A stretch of DNA of 64,000 bases from an uncultured Gemmatimonadales bacterium (GTDB lineage Bacteria; Gemmatimonadota; Gemmatimonadetes; Gemmatimonadales; GWC2-71-9). The position numbers were made by a program, and so were the translations under genes. The stretch is taken from NCBI GenBank assembly GCA_963817575.1, contig CAWFOY010000009.1, positions 10,780 through 74,779 of the forward strand. The letters are read 5' to 3'. Below, one piece after another: positions 29,454 through 40,728 of the stretch (within the stretch, counting starts at the first letter, position 1; each line of letters starts with the position of its first letter). Under the pieces are notes generated by a model. It did not search any database and was not told where the DNA came from. It saw nothing but the letters and a program-made list of their open reading frames with translations.

Positions 29454-30224
29454 CAGGTCTCCCCGAGGGAGTTCATCCTGCGCCAGTCGTTCCCGAAGCG
29501 CGGCCAGGGCGCGGTACACCCGGTTGTACACCGCCTTGGCGTTCGGAAGCCCGACGATGCGGGCGATGTCGGCGGCGGGAAGCTCCTCCACCACGTACAG
29601 GTGAACCGCCGACCGATCCACGGGATCCAGGGAGGCCAGGATGCGATCGAGGACTGCCTTTCGTCCGGCTGCATCGACCGGGTCCGCTGTTTCCGGTTCA
29701 TCCTCCAACGGCGGTGGCGGTCCGAATTCGCGAAGCACGCGGCCACGCCGGCCATTGGTGACGGACCGGTACGTGGCCCGGAGATCGGCGAGAAAGTCCC
29801 GGAAGGTCAGCCCGGGAGCCTCGCTCGCGCGGAGGAGCTCGTAGGATTCAATGTGACTACGGCGTTGAAGGAAGACGTGCTCGAAGATCCGGCGCCGGAG
29901 GGGTGGCAGCGTGGCGGCGAGGGCGGAGATCCGGTGCCGTCCGTCGCGCTGGCGGAACCAGTCGATTGTGAGGTGGCGGACCACCGTGACCAGCCAGGTG
30001 GAGAATTGAGCCCGGGGATGTGGTTCGGAGGCCCAGATCCGAAGGCGCCGCAGGTCGTCTTCGCGAAGGGCCTCGCAGACCCGGGCGAAGACATCCATCA
30101 CATCATCGTAGTCCTGGGCATAGTGCCGGATGGACGCGAAAATGAGGCGCCGGTACCGGGTAACCACCAGGTCCCACGCAGCCTCCGGCCTGCCTGCATT
30201 CAGCTCGTCGACCCACGGTTCCAT
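29451..30224 (-). CDS. ECF-type sigma-70 factor with an insertion between regions 2 and 4
   Basis: AAWDLVVTRY, FSTWLVTVVRHLTIDWFR (region 2), IARIVG...VYNRVYRAL (region 4). Confidence 0.88.
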   Translation of the reverse strand: MEPWVDELNAGRPEAAWDLVVTRYRRLIFASIRHYAQDYDDVMDVFARVCEALREDDLRRLRIWASEPHPRAQFSTWLVTVVRHLTIDWFRQRDGRHRISALAATLPPLRRRIFEHVFLQRRSHIESYELLRASEAPGLTFRDFLADLRATYRSVTNGRRGRVLREFGPPPPLEDEPETADPVDAAGRKAVLDRILASLDPVDRSAVHLYVVEELPAADIARIVGLPNAKAVYNRVYRALAALRERLAQDELPRGDL

Positions 30225-30301
30225 CCGCGCCAACTATCCCAGGGATGGAAGACCCAATAGCGCCCGGGAACTTCAACTGTCAAGAGAGGACCCGTCGGCG
30301 C

Positions 30302-30832
30302 CTAGACCTCCACGACCACGTGCACGGGAGCGCCGCTTAGCGCGGCCCTGCCCTTGAGCGCGGGGATCTCCAGCAGGAAGGTGTAGCCCACGAGCCGTCC
30401 CTTGAGTTGGGCAACCAGGTCGGCGGCCGCGGCGGCCGTCCCACCGGTCGCAAGGACGTCATCCACCACGATGATCCTGCTGTCCTCAGTGAACTCATCC
30501 CGGTGCGCCTCGAGCGTATCGTCGCCGTACTCCAGCGTAAACACCTTCCGCACTGTCTCCCACGGCAGTTTACCGGCCTTCCGGGCCGGGATGAACCCGG
30601 CACCCAGCGCTGCGGCGATCGCGCCGCCGAGAATGAACCCGCGGGCCTCGATCGCGAGCACGTGCGTCACGCCCTGCCGAAGGAAGGGCTCAGACATCCC
30701 GTCCACCGCGGCCTTGAAGAGCGCCGCATCTCGGAGCACCGGCGTGATGTCCTGGAAGGTGACTCCGAGCTTGGGATAGTCGGGAATGGTCCTGAGCGAG
30801 CCCTTGATTCGGCCTGCTGTCAGCTCTGCCAT
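30302..30832 (-). CDS. apt: Adenine phosphoribosyltransferase
   Basis: IPDYPK.G..FQDIT, EARGF, RKAGKLP, VDDVLATGGT. Confidence 0.97.
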   Translation of the reverse strand: MAELTAGRIKGSLRTIPDYPKLGVTFQDITPVLRDAALFKAAVDGMSEPFLRQGVTHVLAIEARGFILGGAIAAALGAGFIPARKAGKLPWETVRKVFTLEYGDDTLEAHRDEFTEDSRIIVVDDVLATGGTAAAAADLVAQLKGRLVGYTFLLEIPALKGRAALSGAPVHVVVEV

Positions 30833-30864
30833 GGGATGGAATCCAAGTGAAGAGGAATCGCCAA

Positions 30865-31137
30865 CTATCTGATTTCAAACGTCATGAAACGTTCGGAGTC
30901 ATCCGAAATCTCGGTCAAGTCCACATTCGTGACATTCGCCATCGCCGGCCCGCGCCTGAGCCGCGACAGGAAGGCCTCGACCGCGCCATCCGGCCCGGCC
31001 GCCTCCCCCACCACGGCTCCGTCGGGCCGGTTTCGGACCCACCCCACGATTCCGAGCCGGTGGGCTTCCCGGCGGGCGAAATAGCGAAACCCAACCCCCT
31101 GGACCTCGCCCTCGACCACGAAGCCGACGGTTCTCAC
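30865..31137 (-). CDS. acyP: Acylphosphatase
   Basis: GEVQGVGFR, GWVRNRPDG. Confidence 0.93.
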   Translation of the reverse strand: MRTVGFVVEGEVQGVGFRYFARREAHRLGIVGWVRNRPDGAVVGEAAGPDGAVEAFLSRLRRGPAMANVTNVDLTEISDDSERFMTFEIR

Positions 31138-31769
31138 GCCACCGGGCCTCCCCTGCCCCGGCGCCGGCGGTGCCACCACGCGTAGAGGAGCACCAAGGCG
31201 ATCAGCGTCGGAATAATGACCCCGAGCGCCCTCGTGGTATATGCCTGGACGGCGGCTTCGCGGAGTTCGGCTTCGTGTCGGCCGAGCAGCCACCCGATAT
31301 AGACCAGCACTGCGCACCAGAGACCGGCACCGATCGTGGTGAACAGGGCAAATCGGCCCAATCCCATTCGGGACATCCCGGCGGGGATCGAAATCAGGTG
31401 CCGGATGACAGGAATGAACCGTCCGACGAAGGTGGCGATCTCACCGTGCCGCCGGAAGAAGCCCTCCGCCCGGTCCAGGTTGTGATTGGAGACAAGGACG
31501 AACCTGCCGTAACGTCGGAGGAACGGCTCCCCCATATAGACTGCGAAGTAATAGTTGAAGAGCGCCCCGATGAGGCTCCCCGCCGCCCCCGACACAACCG
31601 CGAGCCCGGCGTGCATCCGGCCGGTTGCCGCCAAATAGCCCGCGGGCGGCATGACCAGCTCGCTCGGCAGCGGCAGGAACGAGGATTCGATGGCCATGAG
31701 GACGATGATACCGGGGTAGCCCAGGGCGAAGACCGTCTCGATGAGCCAGTGGATGGCCGCGTCTATCAT
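31134..31769 (-). CDS. dedA: DedA family membrane protein
   Basis: LPSELVMPPAG, GRFIPVIRHLISIPAG. Confidence 0.92.
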   Translation of the reverse strand: MIDAAIHWLIETVFALGYPGIIVLMAIESSFLPLPSELVMPPAGYLAATGRMHAGLAVVSGAAGSLIGALFNYYFAVYMGEPFLRRYGRFVLVSNHNLDRAEGFFRRHGEIATFVGRFIPVIRHLISIPAGMSRMGLGRFALFTTIGAGLWCAVLVYIGWLLGRHEAELREAAVQAYTTRALGVIIPTLIALVLLYAWWHRRRRGRGGPVA

Positions 31770-31778
31770 GCGGAAGAC

Positions 31779-32450
31779 TCAGGCGGAGGGGCGGAAGCCA
31801 AATTCGCCCAGCAGGGGCACGAATCGCACGTCGCCGAGGATGGTGGTCGTAATCCGGTCGCCGTCCCGGCGGAGGAGATGGAGAGTCTGGCGTTCGCGGT
31901 CGCCGATCGGGATCACGAGGCGCCCGCCCGGCTTGAGCTGTTCCAGCAGCGGCTCCGGCACGGAAGGACTCGCGGCGGCCACGAGGATCGCGTCGAACGG
32001 AGCGAAGGGTCGCCACCCGAGCGTGCCGTCTCCGACGAGCACGGTCACGTTCCGGATGCCGGCCTCGGCCAGCGCGGTCCGCGCCGTGGCGGCGAGTTCC
32101 GGCAGGCGTTCTATGCTGAACACGGTCTCGGCCAGCTGGGCCAGGAGCGCCGTCTGATAGCCGGATCCGGTGCCGACTTCGAGGACGCGTTCGCGTCCGG
32201 TCAGCTGCAGCACCTCGAGGTACCGCGCCTGCACCCACGGCTGGGAGATGGTCTGCCCGCCGCTGATGGGCAATGCGGAATCCTCATAGGCCCGGTGCCG
32301 TACGCTGGCGGGAACGAAGAGGTGCCTCGGTACCTGGGCGATCGCCTTGAGGACGGCGAGATCCCGGATGCCCTTGGCCTGGAGCGTATCGACCAGCTGG
32401 GCTCGATACCCACCGTAGCTGTCCCCCGCGCCTACTCTTCCAGCCGCCAT
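31779..32450 (-). CDS. pcm: Protein-L-isoaspartate O-methyltransferase
   Basis: VPRHLFVP, GQTISQP, LEVGTGSGYQTA, VRFVPL. Confidence 0.96.
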   Translation of the reverse strand: MAAGRVGAGDSYGGYRAQLVDTLQAKGIRDLAVLKAIAQVPRHLFVPASVRHRAYEDSALPISGGQTISQPWVQARYLEVLQLTGRERVLEVGTGSGYQTALLAQLAETVFSIERLPELAATARTALAEAGIRNVTVLVGDGTLGWRPFAPFDAILVAAASPSVPEPLLEQLKPGGRLVIPIGDRERQTLHLLRRDGDRITTTILGDVRFVPLLGEFGFRPSA

Positions 32451-33181
32451 CCGGTCACCGTGTCGAGCCGTGGGAAGTCGGTCAGGTCCATGTGGAGGGG
32501 CGTGATCGAGATGTAGCCCTCGGCAACGGCGCGATGATCCGAGTCCTCGCCGCCGGTCCAGGTGATGGTGCCGCCGCCAATCCAGAAGATCTCGCGGCCC
32601 CACGGGTCCTTCATCCGGGTGAGGGACTCGGAAAAGAAGCGGCTTCCAAGCCGCGTGACGCGAATTCCCTTCACCTCGGGCGCGATCAGGTTCGGGAGAT
32701 TGATGTTGAGAATCGTGTCGCTGGGGAACTCGCGCACGGCGACGATCTTCGAGACCAGCCGCGGGAGAACGCTGCCGTAGCTCGCCATCACCGCCGGATC
32801 GCCCCCGGCGAAGGAGATCGCCACGCCCGGAACTCCAAGCGAGACCGCTTCCATCGCGGCCGCGACCGTTCCCGAGTACAGCACGTCCTCGCCCATGTTC
32901 GGCCCGTGATTGACCCCGGAGAAGACAAATGCCGGCTTCTCGGGCAGGAGCGCGTTGATCGCAAGGAGCACGCAGTCGGTTGGAGTGCCGTCCACCTGGT
33001 AGGCGCCGTCGGGCCGGAGCGCCGCGCGGATCGGCCGATGCAGCGTCAGGGAGTGGCTGGTGCCGCTCTGCTCCCGGTCGGGCGCGACGACCGTGACCGT
33101 TCCGATCGTGCGGCAAGCATCGGCGAGCAGGCTGATGCCGGGGGCGAGAATCCCGTCATCGTTACTGATGAGGATGTGCAT
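32432..33181 (-). CDS. surE: 5'/3'-nucleotidase SurE
   Basis: ILISNDDGILAPG, GTPTDC, SGVNHGPN, YSGTVAAA. Confidence 0.97.
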   Translation of the reverse strand: MHILISNDDGILAPGISLLADACRTIGTVTVVAPDREQSGTSHSLTLHRPIRAALRPDGAYQVDGTPTDCVLLAINALLPEKPAFVFSGVNHGPNMGEDVLYSGTVAAAMEAVSLGVPGVAISFAGGDPAVMASYGSVLPRLVSKIVAVREFPSDTILNINLPNLIAPEVKGIRVTRLGSRFFSESLTRMKDPWGREIFWIGGGTITWTGGEDSDHRAVAEGYISITPLHMDLTDFPRLDTVTGWRLEE

Positions 33182-33199
33182 TGGAACGGAATATAGCCC

Positions 33200-33598
33200 C
33201 TACCCCAGCGCCTCATCCCGGTCGGAGCGGGCCGCCGGCTTCTTCCCGTCGAGGATCTGCGCGATTTCCTCGACGTCCCGCCGGAGTTCCTGCACCGTCT
33301 CGGTGCCCATCGCCTTGCGGGCGGTCCCACGCAGCTCACCGGTCCGGCGGTAGTGCTCGATCTTCTGGCGCGCCCCCTCGATGGTGTACTTCTCCGTGTA
33401 GAGGAGATGCTTGACGAGCATGATAAGCTCGACCTCACGGCTCTTGTACACGCGATTCCCCGACCGGTTCTTGGCCGGGTTGAGGAACCGGAACTGGCTC
33501 TCCCAGTAGCGCAGCACGTGCGGCTTCAGGTCGGTGAGGGCGCAGACCTCACCGATCGAGAAGAATTCCTGCATCGGCCGTGGATGACTCACCGCCAT
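33200..33598 (-). CDS. MerR family transcriptional regulator
   Basis: FSIGEV...HVLRYWE...KNRSGNRVY. Confidence 0.9.
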   Translation of the reverse strand: MAVSHPRPMQEFFSIGEVCALTDLKPHVLRYWESQFRFLNPAKNRSGNRVYKSREVELIMLVKHLLYTEKYTIEGARQKIEHYRRTGELRGTARKAMGTETVQELRRDVEEIAQILDGKKPAARSDRDEALG

Positions 33599-34587
33599 TG
33601 CTCCGACTTGAGGGCCCGTTCCATCAACTCTGTCACCGCCTGCTTCGGCGCCTTGCCTTCGAACAGGATGGACGCCACCTGCTGCGTGATCGGCAGCTCG
33701 ACACCGTGACGATCGCCGAGCTGAACGGCGGAGCGGGCCGTATTGACCCCCTCTGCTACCGTCCGATGGGTCGCGGTGTACTGCTCCAGCTTCTGCCCCT
33801 GGGCGAGCGCCACGCCGAGGCTCCGGTTCCGGCTCAGCGCGCCGGTCGTCGTCAGGATCAGGTCACCCATTCCGGCCAGTCCCGCGAAGGTCATCGGCTT
33901 GGCCCCCATCGCGAGGCCGAGCCGGGTCATCTCGGCGAGGCCGCGAGTGATCAGCGCGGCCCGCGGATTGTTGCCGAGGCCCATCCCTTCGAGGATGCCG
34001 GCGGCGATCGCGATCACGTTCTTGAGCGCCCCGCACAACTCGACGCCCGTTACATCCGCGTTCGAATACACCCGGAACCGCGGGGTGGCGAAGGCTTCCT
34101 GAACCGTCTCGGAGGTCGCTTCATCTGCGGCAGCGGCCACCACGGCCGTCGGCTGACCCTCGATGACCTCCAGCGCGAAACTCGGCCCCGAGAGGGCCAC
34201 CACGCGCCGCCCCGGCAGGGTTTCCGCGAGCACCTCGTGCATCAGGAGCAGCGACGACGCCTCGATGCCCTTGGTCGCGCTCACGACGATCGCATCCGAT
34301 ACGATCGACCCGGCCAGCGGCGCCGTCACCGCCCGGACGACATGGCTCGGCGAGGCCGACAACACCACGGGCGCGCCGGCCACCGCTTCGTGCGGGTCGG
34401 CGCAGGCCCGCAGCGTGGGTCCGAGCGTGTGTCCCGGCATGAACAGCGCGTTCTCATGCCGGGAGTTGATGCTCTCGACGACCTCGGCCTCGTAGGCCCA
34501 GATCCGGACCTCGTGGCCCTTCCGCGCCAGCAGGTCCGCGAGGGCCGTTCCCCAGGCCCCCGCGCCGAGGACGCTGATGCGCGTCAT
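33589..34587 (-). CDS. gpsA: NAD(P)H-dependent glycerol-3-phosphate dehydrogenase
   Basis: GAGAWGTALA, SGPSFA, GALKNVIAIA, GLAGMGDL, SRNR. Confidence 0.96.
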   Translation of the reverse strand: MTRISVLGAGAWGTALADLLARKGHEVRIWAYEAEVVESINSRHENALFMPGHTLGPTLRACADPHEAVAGAPVVLSASPSHVVRAVTAPLAGSIVSDAIVVSATKGIEASSLLLMHEVLAETLPGRRVVALSGPSFALEVIEGQPTAVVAAAADEATSETVQEAFATPRFRVYSNADVTGVELCGALKNVIAIAAGILEGMGLGNNPRAALITRGLAEMTRLGLAMGAKPMTFAGLAGMGDLILTTTGALSRNRSLGVALAQGQKLEQYTATHRTVAEGVNTARSAVQLGDRHGVELPITQQVASILFEGKAPKQAVTELMERALKSEQWR

Positions 34588-35204
34588 GCCGCGGGCGGGG
34601 AGTGTCGTCGCGTGCCGAACCGGTTCTCGGTCCCCGCCAGCAGCCGCCGGATATTGGCCCGATGCATCCAGATGATCACCGCCGCCAGGGCGATGTAGAC
34701 CCAGAGGTGCTCTCGCCGTGCGGGATACAGCGCGCGTACGAGCACCGGGAACACTGCCGCCGCCACGATCGAGCCCAGGGAGACGTAGCCGGTCAACCAG
34801 ACCAGCAGGGCCCAAATGACCAGGGCCACACCCACAGCGAGCGGCGCCATCCCGAGCACCACCCCCGCGCTGGTCGCGACGCCCTTGCCGCCCTTGAAGC
34901 GCACGAACACCGAGAACACGTGGCCGACGACCGCGAAGACGCCGCACAGCAGCGGGAAGAGCTCACCCTCGGCCACGGCGGGGCCGATCAGCATCACCGG
35001 GATCGCGCCCTTCGCGATATCGAACAGCCCGACCGGGACCGCATACTTCCACCCGAGGATCCGGAACACATTCGTCGCGCCGAGGTTCTTGCTTCCATGC
35101 TCGCGAAGGTCGATCCCCCGTCCGAGCCTCCCCGCGAGGTAGCTGGTCGGTATCGCGCCGAGCAGATACGACACGGCGAGGGCCGCCACATACCCGGCGA
35201 TCAC
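34584..35204 (-). CDS. plsY: Glycerol-3-phosphate acyltransferase PlsY
   Basis: YLLGAIP, GSKNLGATNV, GGKGVAT, HRANI. Confidence 0.96.
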   Translation of the reverse strand: MIAGYVAALAVSYLLGAIPTSYLAGRLGRGIDLREHGSKNLGATNVFRILGWKYAVPVGLFDIAKGAIPVMLIGPAVAEGELFPLLCGVFAVVGHVFSVFVRFKGGKGVATSAGVVLGMAPLAVGVALVIWALLVWLTGYVSLGSIVAAAVFPVLVRALYPARREHLWVYIALAAVIIWMHRANIRRLLAGTENRFGTRRHSPPAA

Positions 35205-36523
35205 CGTGCGCCGCTCCGTCGCTTGAACTTGAGACGGAGCGGCGCGCCGTGAAAGGACCACGCGTCCCGGAAGCCGTTCACCAGGTAGCGCTCATACGAC
35301 TCGGGGACCGCGTCCGGCCGGCTGCAGACGATGGCGATCGTCGGCGGCGCCGTCCCGACTTGCGAGGCGTAGAGCAGCTTGACCTCCTCCCCCGGCTTTT
35401 GCGGGGGGCTCGAGCGCGCCACCAGCTCCTGCAGGACCCGATTCACCTCCGCGGTCGGCACCCGCAGCTCCCGCGCCTCCGCGACTTCCAGGATCACCTG
35501 AAGCAGCTGATGCACTCGCTGCCCGGACTCGGCAGACACATAGAGGAACGGCACGTACCTGAGGAACGGGGCCTTCTCGATGAGCTGCTCCTGGCCCCGC
35601 CTCGCGGTGTTCGCATCCTTTTCCTGGATCAGGTCCCACTTGTTGACCGCCACCACGAGTCCGCAGCCGCGCTCCCAGGCTTCGGTCGCGATTCGGAGAT
35701 CCTGGGCATGGAGCCCGAGTGCGGCGTCCACAACGAGGACACAGACCTGCGCTCGATCGATTGCACGCCTGGTGCGGAGGGTCGAGTAGAACTCGACGTC
35801 ATCCTCCACTTTAGCTCGCTTTCGTAACCCCGCCGTGTCAATGAAGTTGAGGTTTCGGCCGTGATAGCGCAAGACGGAGTCCACAGCGTCCCTTGTGGTG
35901 CCTGCCTCGGGCGCTACCACTACTCGTTCCTCACCCAGCAGCCGATTGACCAACGACGACTTTCCCACATTCGGCCGTCCGACGACCGCCACGTGGATGG
36001 CCTCCTCGTGCTCGCCGTCTCCCTCGGGAGGGAGTCGTTCGACCACGGCATCGAGCAGGTCGCCGCTCGACTTCCCGACCGAGGCCGAGACCGGCAATGG
36101 ATCACCGAGACCGAGCTGGAAGAAGGCGAGATGGGCGGTCGTGCGCGGCAGCTCGTCGAGCTTGTTCACGACCAGGAGGACCGGCCGGCCCGAACGCCGA
36201 AGCTGGGCGGCGATCTCGGCGTCCACGGGATTCAGGCCCTCCTTCCCGTCGACGACGAACACGACGACGTCCGCCTGATCCAGGGCGAGCTCGACCTGTC
36301 GCCGGATCGCGCGGTCCATGGAGTTCGTGGAGCCCGGCACCAGGCCGCCCGTATCCACGATCCAGAAGCGCCGGCCACCCCACTCCGCATCTCCGAAGTG
36401 GCGATCGCGAGTCGTCCCTGCGTGCTCGGAGACGATCGCGGGACGCCCGCCCAGGATCCGATTGAACAGGGTGGACTTGCCGACGTTCGGCCGGCCGACC
36501 ACGGCGACAGTCGGCTTGCTCAC
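35201..36523 (-). CDS. der: Ribosome biogenesis GTPase Der
   Basis: Two GRPNVGKS G-domains, GTTRD, DTAG, NKWD. Confidence 0.97.
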   Translation of the reverse strand: MSKPTVAVVGRPNVGKSTLFNRILGGRPAIVSEHAGTTRDRHFGDAEWGGRRFWIVDTGGLVPGSTNSMDRAIRRQVELALDQADVVVFVVDGKEGLNPVDAEIAAQLRRSGRPVLLVVNKLDELPRTTAHLAFFQLGLGDPLPVSASVGKSSGDLLDAVVERLPPEGDGEHEEAIHVAVVGRPNVGKSSLVNRLLGEERVVVAPEAGTTRDAVDSVLRYHGRNLNFIDTAGLRKRAKVEDDVEFYSTLRTRRAIDRAQVCVLVVDAALGLHAQDLRIATEAWERGCGLVVAVNKWDLIQEKDANTARRGQEQLIEKAPFLRYVPFLYVSAESGQRVHQLLQVILEVAEARELRVPTAEVNRVLQELVARSSPPQKPGEEVKLLYASQVGTAPPTIAIVCSRPDAVPESYERYLVNGFRDAWSFHGAPLRLKFKRRSGAR

Positions 36524-37797
36524 GCGGCCACCGGCGTGCCGAGAGAGTCTGTGAAACAGTGTGAGAAGCGGATTTCGACCGGCAACTGCGACTGGAGGAC
36601 GTGGGCGTCGAGATCGTCCATGAAGAGACCGTCGTCGTTGATACTCTCGGCCGGCAGCAGGGCGAGGTCGAGGTCCCGACGGTCGCGGAGGGCGGCGAGA
36701 ATGGCCGCGCCCGGCAGCAGGCCCGCCGTCGTCACCGAGGGGCCGAAGAGCGTGTTCTCGAGCGTCAGCAGCTCGAGAGTGGCGCCGGTGGCCTCGGCCA
36801 GTGGGGCGAGCACCTGCGGCATCAGGGCCCCCATCGAGGCGCCGGTCACGACACCGATCCTCCTGCCCCGCCATCCGCCGAGGCTTTCGATGCCGTCCGC
36901 GATCTTCTGCTGCAGGTAACGCACGGAGCCGACGCCGTTCTCGACCTGCTCGAACCCATCGTAGGCCTCGGGCGCGGGCAGGTCGAGATGGGCCCGCAGG
37001 TACAGCTCATCCGCGCCGTGGCACCACGTGATCCCGCGCTCCGCCCGGGCGATCGCGGCATGACGCTCCACCAGCTTCACCGCCGCCCGGCATTCGTCCA
37101 CCGTCGGCTCGCGCACCAGGTGATGCTTGCTGAACTCCGTGAGCCCGACCGGGACCACCGATACACTCAACACCGCCGGGCCGAACCCGTAGAGGTCGTC
37201 CAGGGATTGTTCGAGCACCGCCCCATCATTCACGCCCGGGGACATCACGACCTGCGTATGAAACTGGATGCCGTGCGTGGCGAAATGGCGCAGCTGCGGG
37301 AGGATCTCGGGCGCGGTCGGGTTTCGAAGCAGCCAGCGGCGGACCGTCGGATCGGTGGCGTGAACCGACACGTACAGCGGCGAGAGTCGATACTCGATGA
37401 TCCGCTCGGTGTCGCGCGGCTTCAGATTGGTCAGGGTCGCGAAATTGCCGTACCGGAAGGAGAGCCGGTAATCGTCGTCCCGGATGTAAAGCGTGTCTCG
37501 GAGGCCCGTGGGAAGGCCATCGACGAAGCAGAAATCACACCGATTGGCGCAGCGGCGGATCCTCGGCGGCTCCAGCCCGGCCCCCATCGCGAGGCCTTCC
37601 GGCCTCTCGACATCGAATTCGATCTCCTCGCCACCCGGCTGGCGGACGTGGAGGAGGAACGCGTCATCGGCGGTGAGGAACTCCCAATCGAGGAAGTCCT
37701 CCAGTTCGCGCCCGTTGACGGACAATAACTCCGTCCCGGGCACGAGGCCGAGTTCGTCGGCCAACGAGCCGGGTTCGACAGCATTCACCTTGATCAT
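36520..37797 (-). CDS. DUF512 / PDZ-like putative radical-SAM protein
   Basis: N-terminal PDZ-like region, CANRCDFC, DDDYRLSF, QVENGVG. Confidence 0.88.
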   Translation of the reverse strand: MIKVNAVEPGSLADELGLVPGTELLSVNGRELEDFLDWEFLTADDAFLLHVRQPGGEEIEFDVERPEGLAMGAGLEPPRIRRCANRCDFCFVDGLPTGLRDTLYIRDDDYRLSFRYGNFATLTNLKPRDTERIIEYRLSPLYVSVHATDPTVRRWLLRNPTAPEILPQLRHFATHGIQFHTQVVMSPGVNDGAVLEQSLDDLYGFGPAVLSVSVVPVGLTEFSKHHLVREPTVDECRAAVKLVERHAAIARAERGITWCHGADELYLRAHLDLPAPEAYDGFEQVENGVGSVRYLQQKIADGIESLGGWRGRRIGVVTGASMGALMPQVLAPLAEATGATLELLTLENTLFGPSVTTAGLLPGAAILAALRDRRDLDLALLPAESINDDGLFMDDLDAHVLQSQLPVEIRFSHCFTDSLGTPVAA

Positions 37798-37927
37798 CGA
37801 GGCGAAAGATGTCGCTATCGCCCTGATTTTTCAAGACTTAGGCCTTCACAAGTAATCTGTTTTCGAACCGCACGACAAACTCACGACGGCTTCACCGCCG
37901 ATTCAGTCCCGACAGTTAGCTTGGGTC

Positions 37928-39246
<1,319 letters not shown>

Positions 39247-39297
39247 GTCCGTCGGGTGCGGGCTAGACGCGAACCGGGATTCCCGGGTCGGGGAGCG

Positions 39298-40728
39298 CTA
39301 TCGCGCGGTCCCGAGCCCTGGCCGGTAGAGCGAGGCGATTCGCTGAGCGCGGAATACGTATCCCGGATTGCCGTGAATCTCCCACATCACGTTCCCCGCC
39401 GCGTCGTATTCCTGGACCCGGTTCCCGTTCCCGTACGCCACGAGGAGCCGGCCCATCGGCAGCTGCTGCGTGGACCCGCCGAGGATTGCGTTGACCGGCG
39501 GTCCCGAAAAGTAGGAGCTCGTCAGCTGGGCGGTGTATGCCACCTCGTCCACGACGTATCGCTCGGCATGGGAATCCCCCACGTCGCCGCGATTGTCGAG
39601 CAGTTGCAGTTGACCCGGGCCGACGACCCGGAGTCCGTGCTGGCCGACGAATCCGGCCGCGATCCCGCTGAGCGCGAACTGGTTCCGGAGGCCACCGAGC
39701 CGCCAGAGGACCTCGCCGGTCGTCTTGTCGATCTTGGTGACCTCGTTCAGGCTGCGGAATGAGAGCACCAGGTTTCCGTCGGCATCGAAGTCGATCGAGT
39801 TGCCGTGGGTCCAGTTGACGGTCGCTCCGGTCCGGCTGGCGGGATCGAGGTCGGTGATCTCGAAGTGATCGAAGGGGGTCCAGGCAAACAGGACGGCACC
39901 GTTGGCGGCCAGGTGCTGCACGGCGGTCCCCGTGACGGTCGCGGCCGGCAGGCCGCCGTAGGCGGTCAGATCCATGACCCTGGAGTCATCACACAGCATC
40001 CAGGCGGAGCCGTCGGATTCTTCCACCATCTCATGAAAGCGGGCAATGAGCCCGTTCCCGCACCCGAGCCGGCGAGTCTCATTGCCGAGCGGATCGAACT
40101 CCACCCAGGGCGTGGGATCTCCAGGCGCCGGCGCAATCGGACTTGTCGTATAGCGCCCGGTCGGCTGCACCTGAAAGTTGAGCGTCGGCCCGCCGTCGAG
40201 GTGCCGGTACCAGACGACACGTCCCGTGTTGTCGATCACCACGCCGTAGGGATAAGCCGCGAAGACCACGAACCCCGGGGTTGGGTCTGGTCCACCGGCC
40301 GTATAAGTCGGCAGGTCGGCGGGCAGCGCGCCGGTCGTGAGCAGGAGGGTATCGCCCGGGGTCGACCCTCCTTCCCCGTACGCGATGACCTGCAGCCGAT
40401 ACGCGGTGGCCGGTAGGAGGCCCAGGACCGGGATGTCCGCCGAGTCCGATGGCAAGGACATCATCGGGGTCAGGCTGTCCAGCCCCGCCCCTTCCGTGCC
40501 GAAGCGGACCCTGGCGCTGTCGGCGTCGGCGAATGAGACGCTGACGACGGCCGACAGGACGTTGTGCGGACCGGGTGCGACCGCGGCATGAAGCACGGTC
40601 GGAGGCGTGGGGGGGACTGGCCCCTGCGGCTCGTCGGTGCACGCCACCAGCGCCGCCACGGCCACCATGGCGCGCGCCGTGACGAGCCCATAGCCTCTTC
40701 GCACGATTTGGTCCACGTTCAGGTGCAT
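39298..40728 (-). CDS. Arylsulfotransferase (ASST)-like lipoprotein
   Basis: Lipobox LVAC; FHE, WTHGNSI, GQH, LDN motifs typical of ASST propellers. Confidence 0.8.
   Translation of the reverse strand: MHLNVDQIVRRGYGLVTARAMVAVAALVACTDEPQGPVPPTPPTVLHAAVAPGPHNVLSAVVSVSFADADSARVRFGTEGAGLDSLTPMMSLPSDSADIPVLGLLPATAYRLQVIAYGEGGSTPGDTLLLTTGALPADLPTYTAGGPDPTPGFVVFAAYPYGVVIDNTGRVVWYRHLDGGPTLNFQVQPTGRYTTSPIAPAPGDPTPWVEFDPLGNETRRLGCGNGLIARFHEMVEESDGSAWMLCDDSRVMDLTAYGGLPAATVTGTAVQHLAANGAVLFAWTPFDHFEITDLDPASRTGATVNWTHGNSIDFDADGNLVLSFRSLNEVTKIDKTTGEVLWRLGGLRNQFALSGIAAGFVGQHGLRVVGPGQLQLLDNRGDVGDSHAERYVVDEVAYTAQLTSSYFSGPPVNAILGGSTQQLPMGRLLVAYGNGNRVQEYDAAGNVMWEIHGNPGYVFRAQRIASLYRPGLGTAR

Noticed and set aside
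25491-30224. Type III-E CRISPR (Craspase) locus
   Set aside because: No Cas7-11 or CRISPR array; the anti-sigma is a ZAS membrane type, so the resemblance is only an analogy
16387-30300. Islet 1 as a tRNA-integrated or dif-integrated mobile element
   Set aside because: It lies on the 5' side of tRNA-Arg; no integrase, att repeat or second dif was seen
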